A DNA stretch of 64,000 bases from Yuukianura sp. NJ FZ-2021 (lineage: Eukaryota), in the NCBI GenBank assembly GCA_046563655.1, contig CM102289.1, positions 558,001 through 622,000 on the forward strand. Reading direction: 5' to 3'. Made by a program: the position numbers and the translations under genes. Shown here piece after piece: positions 58,486 to 64,000 of the stretch. How positions within the stretch are numbered: position 1 is the stretch's first letter; the number at the start of each line of letters is the position of its first letter. The notes beneath the pieces were generated by a model. The model was not told the origin of the DNA. It did no database searches and saw nothing but the letters and a program-made list of their open reading frames with translations.

Positions 58486-58742
58486 GTTGACTAAAGGTGG
58501 CAGTTGGGCTAATGTTAAGTTTAAATGTTAAAGTTAACTTTAAATTTCAGTTAAGTTGAAGCATATTTATAGGACTGCATTGCAGTAAGAATTGAGAGTA
58601 CCTCAAGTAGCAACAACTGAGGTAAGACTTTGTGGCAGCAGTTTTAATCAACTAAAAGCTGCGGCATAACGCCATTAATTTTTGTGGTTGGTTAAAGATG
58701 AAGGGAGATTCTTTAATTAGCCAACGCATTTTTCAAATGGTG

Positions 58743-59693
58743 AAAGGGCAACGTAGTTCGCTTATGGGCGACAGCGGACCCGTACGATTTGGCTGAAAAT
58801 TTAACCAGTTGTTCTCGAGACCTATAGGAACAACTTTTGTACAGGGCTCAGACGGGGCATCAAACGGTTTGACCTCCAGAGGTCACCAAAGGTCAACTGG
58901 TCATCCTATAACAACCCCCTTAAGTAAGGTGTCGTTGGAAAGCTCTTCACCTGCTGGTTCAGAAAATGTATGGGTATGTATACTTTGGTCCAGGCGTTTA
59001 GCTGTAAGGAGTCACTGAAGGTCAACTATGGAAACTGCTAAAAGTAGATTTCGGATAGGACTTTCGCGACGGCAAAAGGAAATTGGACAAGAACAACGGT
59101 TCTAGGCCTCTAGATTCCCCAAGAACACGGAAATGGTTGCAGAAACTAACTTTTTAAAACAATATGCCTCGTTTAAGTCCAAGCAGTAGAAAAGAAGCAG
59201 ATTCCGTTTTCCGTCGCGAAAGTCCTATCTGAAATCTACTTTTAGCAGTTTTCGCCTGGCTCGGTATCTCATCAGCTGTTTGCCGTAGAACAAAATTCAA
59301 GAGGGAAAAGTTGCCTATTCTTTTGAGTGGAACAACTTTTGTATAAGTCATTTTGTCGGTTGTCATGAAACGATTTTCACTTTTTGGTACTTTGCAACTT
59401 TTTCCATAGTTGACCTTCAGTGACCCCTTACAGCTAAACGCCTGGACCAAAGTATACATACCCATACATTTTCTGAACCAGCAGGTCAAGAGCTTTCCAA
59501 CAACACCTTACTTAAGCGGAGTTGTTATAGGATGACCAGTTGACCTTTGGTGACCTCTGGAGGTCAAACCGTTTGAGGCCCCGTCTGAGCCTTGTACAAA
59601 AGTTGTTCCTATAGGTCTCGAGAACAACTGGTTAAATTTTCAGCCAAATCGTACGGGTCCGCTGTCGCCCATAAGCGAACTACGTTGCCCTTT
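58743..59693. mobile_element. Palindromic foldback/MITE family A copy 2 (opposite orientation, deletion in one arm)
   Basis: aaagggcaacgtagttcgc...gcgaactacgttgcccttt; spacer is the reverse complement of that in 9741-10848. Confidence 0.85.
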
Positions 59694-60055
59694 TATTAAT
59701 TTATGTTGGATTAAACGTTAATGTTAACTTTAAATTGCAGTTGAGTGGAGGCAGAGGACAAGCCAGATAACCAATAGCTATCGATGTGCATTTGATGAGA
59801 GTGATTCAATACTGCAAGAATTGCAAAATTGAAGATTGAAGGGGAAAATGAAACTTTTATGTTGCTAACTATCCTATATATATATTCTACTTATTTTGAA
59901 AAATTATATGCTACTGATAGACCGTCGCTGACGCCCATTAAATTCATGTTTTGAAAAATCCAATGAAACACGCAACTTTTATTCAATTTTGTCATTTAGG
60001 CTATTCATTCGACTGTGTGTGTCTGTCTGTCACGTTCTTGAATTTGAAGAAAAAT

Positions 60056-60396
60056 TCAAACCCACTTCGCTGTCAAGTCGCTTATGGTGGTGTGGCAATA
60101 GAATTTGCCACATTTGTCTTTGCAACACGTTTGGAAAGGATGACAAGCCAATCCTGGATCGTTGTTGCAGTGAAGTGGTTGAATATCAAACGTACATCCA
60201 ACAGGCTGGCTTCGGTCAATCTCTGGCACTCAAATGCTACAAGAATCACAAATTATTAACAGAAAATTGTCAAACGGAAGAAAAATTAAAAAACGTTTGT
60301 CATTTGAAATTTAAATTTAAGTTGGAGTGGACGTTTACCTTGAGTAACGGCCACCATGGCTGCAAACGCGACGAGCAACACAACAAATGACTTCAT
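60056..60396 (-). pseudogene. WAP-like peptide 16 with a -1 frameshift after Cys1 (corrected: CPEIDRSQPVGCTFDIQPLHCNNDPGLACHPFQTCCKDKCGKFYC...)
   Basis: GAG TGC CAG AGA versus paralog TGT CCx GAG ATT; could be a sequencing error. Confidence 0.7.
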
Positions 60397-61103
60397 TTTG
60401 ACTACGGAGGCGGTTAGGTTAACGTTGGATTAAATTTTAAGCTTAACTTTAAGTTCGCAGAGGTGAGCATATTTATATGAATGCATTTCCGGAAGTTTTG
60501 AGCGTATCTCAAGTAGCAACAGTTGAGGTAAAAGATTGTAGCATAGTTTCAAGTAATTAAAAGTTGGCGCATCACCTGATACTGTTTTGCGGTTTGTTAA
60601 AAATGCAGGAAGCTACCGAATAACCCGTTAATTTTTTGAGTTTGGTTTAAAGATGCAGAGAGTTTTACATTAGCTAATTAGCTACAAAGATGAAGTATTT
60701 CCCAATGTATTTTTCAAATTACCAAATTTAAGTCAAAATTGTTGTAAAAGATAGCGCTGGAGTTACTAATTTACTAATGCTAATTAAGAATTTATTTTGA
60801 TTTCTCTCCATTCAGAGAAAAAATTTAAACTGAAAACAACTTAAAAAAAGTTCAATGATACACCAAAGGCTATCGCATAATCAATCCATATCTTGAAGAA
60901 TCCCGTGCAAAATGCATGTTGTATTCAAATTTAGTTGCAAGAGTACACGTTTGTTCTATTACTTTTTTAAGTCTGAAGATGCATGCCTACAACATGCTGG
61001 AGAGGACTATTGATTCGATTTTGTCTGTCTGTCTGTTTGTCACGTTTTTAAATTTGAACACAAATTCAAAAGGTGGTAACGTTTTATTCGACTTTTGTTA
61101 GAA

Positions 61104-61459
61104 TTAAATGAAATTTAATGGATTGGTGAGAGAGAATTGATTTCCAAATTGGTAATAGCACTTGAATTTGCCGCAGTTATCTTCGCAGCACTTTTGGAAA
61201 GGCGGACAAGCATATTCTGGATCGTTGTTGCAGTGGCGTGGTTGGAAATCCATCGTGCATGCAACGGGCTGGCTTCGGTCAATCGGTGGGCATCCCGAAA
61301 CTGCAAAACCAGAATGTGTTAAGAGAAAATTGTCAAAAGAGAAAAAACTTGGAAAAAGATTGTCATTTGAAATTTAAATTAAAAGTAAAGCGGATGTTTA
61401 CCTTAAGCCACGACGACCATGGCTGCAACCGCGACGAGCAACACGACAAACGACTTCAT
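61104..61459 (-). pseudogene. WAP-like peptide 17 (duplicate of peptide 12; CAA>TAA stop at the end of exon 1; loop CTMDFQP)
   Basis: ccttaagcc at ~61401-61409 versus ccttgagca in peptide 12. Confidence 0.75.
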
Positions 61460-62518
61460 TTTGGATTAAATATTAAGGTTCACTTTAAATTTTACCTAAG
61501 CAGAAGCATATTTATAGGAATGCATCTCGGAAGTTTTGAGAGTATTTCAAGTAGCAACAGTTGAGGTCTTACCTCAACTATTGCTATGTAAAGGTATTTT
61601 AGCGTTATATTCAATTAATTCTAGGCTGTTGCGTAACCCTATTAATCTTTTTGCGGTTAATTAAATATGAACTTTTATAGTTAATAAGGACTTCGTTCAA
61701 TTCGTTAATTATCTGCACGACTGAAATATTTCTCACTGCATCTCTTCAAATTTACATCAAAATAGGCAAAGGAAGTGCTGAACTTAAATGAAGTTTTCAT
61801 AATTCATGACCATCAAATTATGGTTTTATCTATCTCACAATATATTTGTACAGAAGCCTTGCAAAATCTGTAGTCTAATATCTTAGGATCAATTTAGTAG
61901 TATGAATTGAAAAGTAAACAGATGAAATAAATAAATTAAATACTTTATGTGACGCAGAGAAGCCGCGGAAGTTAAGTTAATGTTGCATTGTTAAGTTAAC
62001 TTTAAATTTTAGTTAATGTTGAGGCAAGTCAAAATTGGTAAAAGTGTGGCACCAGCGTTCACAATTTAGACTCTCGTTATTTAAGAAAGTTATATAAATC
62101 ACTAGGCAATCAGTGGCGCCGCCATTGTTACCTGGTTACAACTCACGCAACTTTGGTTTACTCATGCTGAGGTCGGACATACTTTCTTGTAAATATGTAT
62201 ATGATATTAGCGATAGAGCGCAATAAATCCATGTTTTGAAAATTTTTGATGAAGATTTAAGAAGGAGTCACACATGGCAACAGGGGGTCTCGTTTCGGCT
62301 CAAATTAATTAACTTTGGCCTTATAAGTATTCACAGGAATAACGCAGAAATGTGTATAAGGACTCTAAAAATTCGTTGTTGCCAGTAGAATAAGTTATAT
62401 TTCTCAGAATTTGCCTTTTTTGTTGTGGAATAACAATAAAAATTGCATACAACGTTTATTTTTTTCTAAGAGTGTTGCGATACAAAAATTCTGGAATTTG
62501 GCAAATATAACTTATGAG

Positions 62519-62917
62519 GGTTGGATTATACCCATGTGTACGCATGTTAAAAACAAAAATTTCGAGAAAAAGGGCAATGACATCTCAAAACAACCCAAAA
62601 AATGACCCCTACAAGAGTTGTTGGGCTTGATGAGGCGATCATTTTTTGTCCTCTGACATATGAACCTGTGACCTTCCGTTGAGGGCATAGGTCAATTTGA
62701 AAGTTTGTAAGGTTAGGTTAGGTTAAACCTACAAATTGACCTGTGACCTCAATGGAAGGTGACAGGGTCATATGTCAGAGGACAAAAAATGATCGCCTCA
62801 TCAAGCCCAACAACTTTTGTAGGGGTCATTTTTTGGGTTGTCTTGAGATGTCATTGACCTTTTTCTGGAAATTTTTCTAAGTTTTTAACATGCGTACACA
62901 TGGGTATAATCCAACCA
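62519..62917. mobile_element. Palindromic MITE (~180-bp arms) with TTAGG repeats in the loop
   Basis: ggttggattatacccatgtgtacgc... inverted against ...gcgtacacatgggtataatccaacc; loop contains aggttaggttaggtt. Confidence 0.8.
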
Positions 62918-62950
62918 AAGTTTGCATTCCATCTTTTTGGTTGTCGATTG

Positions 62951-63440
62951 CAAGGCAACTAAACAAAAAGACACATGAGCTTTCTAAGGTAGTCTCACGA
63001 GCGGTTTTTTCAGCTATTTTTGCGATATTTTTTGGTGGGGCGGATTGTTTGTTTTTTAAACATTCCTCTGACAACGTTTTCCTTCGGTCGAAGTACAAAA
63101 TCAAATTCCTCCATTGTGACCATCCAGTGTACCCAATCATTGGGCTAGTAGTGTACATTGGTTTTACGATTGGAAAATGGAGTAAACAAATTTTACGCTT
63201 ACAATTACTACGAATTCAATGGAACTCAATAACAAATAGTTGATTTGCGTAAAATACTGAACACTGGGTACAACTAACCCATCAATTTTACCTCAACCAG
63301 CCTTTGCACGAATTTTATACCGTTTTATTTCCTTGGAAACCGAACAATCCCCCCAGCAAAAAATATCGCAAAAAAATATTAAAAAACCGCTCGTGAGACT
63401 ACCTTAGAAAGCTCGTGTGTCTTTTTGTTTAGTTGCCTTG
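62951..63440. mobile_element. MITE with ~95-bp TIRs, CAAGG termini and an 8-bp TSD (P-superfamily-like)
   Basis: caaggcaactaaacaaaaagacac / gtgtctttttgtttagttgccttg; TSD gtcgattg/gtcaattg (1 mismatch). Confidence 0.75.
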
Positions 63441-64000
63441 GTCAATTGGACTAAAAACGAAAACAAACAATTAAAAATAACGATTTTAATCACGATTAGC
63501 TACAAATGTCTAACGCCCCCAGGGGGCGGCAAAAATGCCTTAGCGACCAAAACCGATTCTTTATTTGTTTACAATTTCACTCACAGTGACGTCACTCCGA
63601 GTGAAAATACAGGTTCATCCGAGTTTTTAAGCTATTTTTAAGTTTGCGGCGAAAGTATTGAGACTAAAATGCTGAAAATTTTGAACAACACTGTAAATGA
63701 GTGAACTCGGAGTCACAGAAATCCCATAGCAACTCAGTTTTGAAAAAACAATTTTCAACAACCGTACCTATAAGTATTCTATTTACCTTGTAACGCCCCT
63801 AGTAAATACGTAACTTGTTCCTTATTCCTTTATTATAAAAAACTGTGAATATAATAATACCCTTGTACCTAGAGCAAAAACATAAAAATTCTAATGCTAG
63901 AAAGCGAAAATTGACAAAATTTTAGAACGATTTCTGAAAACTTTGCGGTTATTTCTATAGACATCAGAAGAAACAAGATGACCGTCCTTGTAGTGGTGGA

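Noticed and set aside
39460..61564. Many plus-strand 60-130-aa ORFs (…WIVVAV…LASVN…) repeated through the array
   Set aside because: Antisense shadows of the peptide exon 2, with inconsistent starts and stops.
62877..63243. ORFs of 93 and 117 aa near the window end
   Set aside because: They span two adjacent MITEs and show no protein-like features.

Overview
AT-rich, intron-containing animal DNA with short GT-AG introns. It is probably an arthropod; the divergent intronless ionotropic receptor and FMRFamide-receptor-like GPCRs suggest a springtail-like hexapod, which is inference only. All gene models were built by hand from splice sites and paralog comparison. Main contents: (1) a compact, divergent L-type Ca2+ channel alpha-1 gene (27313-35139, EEEE filter); (2) an intronless divergent ionotropic-receptor-like gene; (3) two paralogous genes fusing a signal peptide and a ~500-aa LRR-like ectodomain to an FMRFamide/sex-peptide-receptor-like 7TM domain; (4) a tyrosine-kinase-like gene tail-to-tail with a PPPDE/DeSI peptidase gene, with a decayed duplicate of this pair, plus a 4-copy orphan family ending in (Y/H)RGL-stop; (5) a 22-kb tandem array of 17 two-exon genes (13 apparently intact) for secreted 8-Cys WAP-like peptides. 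These peptides have a Kazal-like putative reactive loop whose P1 residue varies across R, K, A, L, M, F, Y, E, H and D, and the genes share a conserved TATA/STAT/GATA/RUNX-like promoter. This array is the best candidate for an undescribed system, a diversified protease-inhibitor or defence-peptide library. Many MITEs and foldback palindromes, several with clear TSDs, have landed inside these genes.
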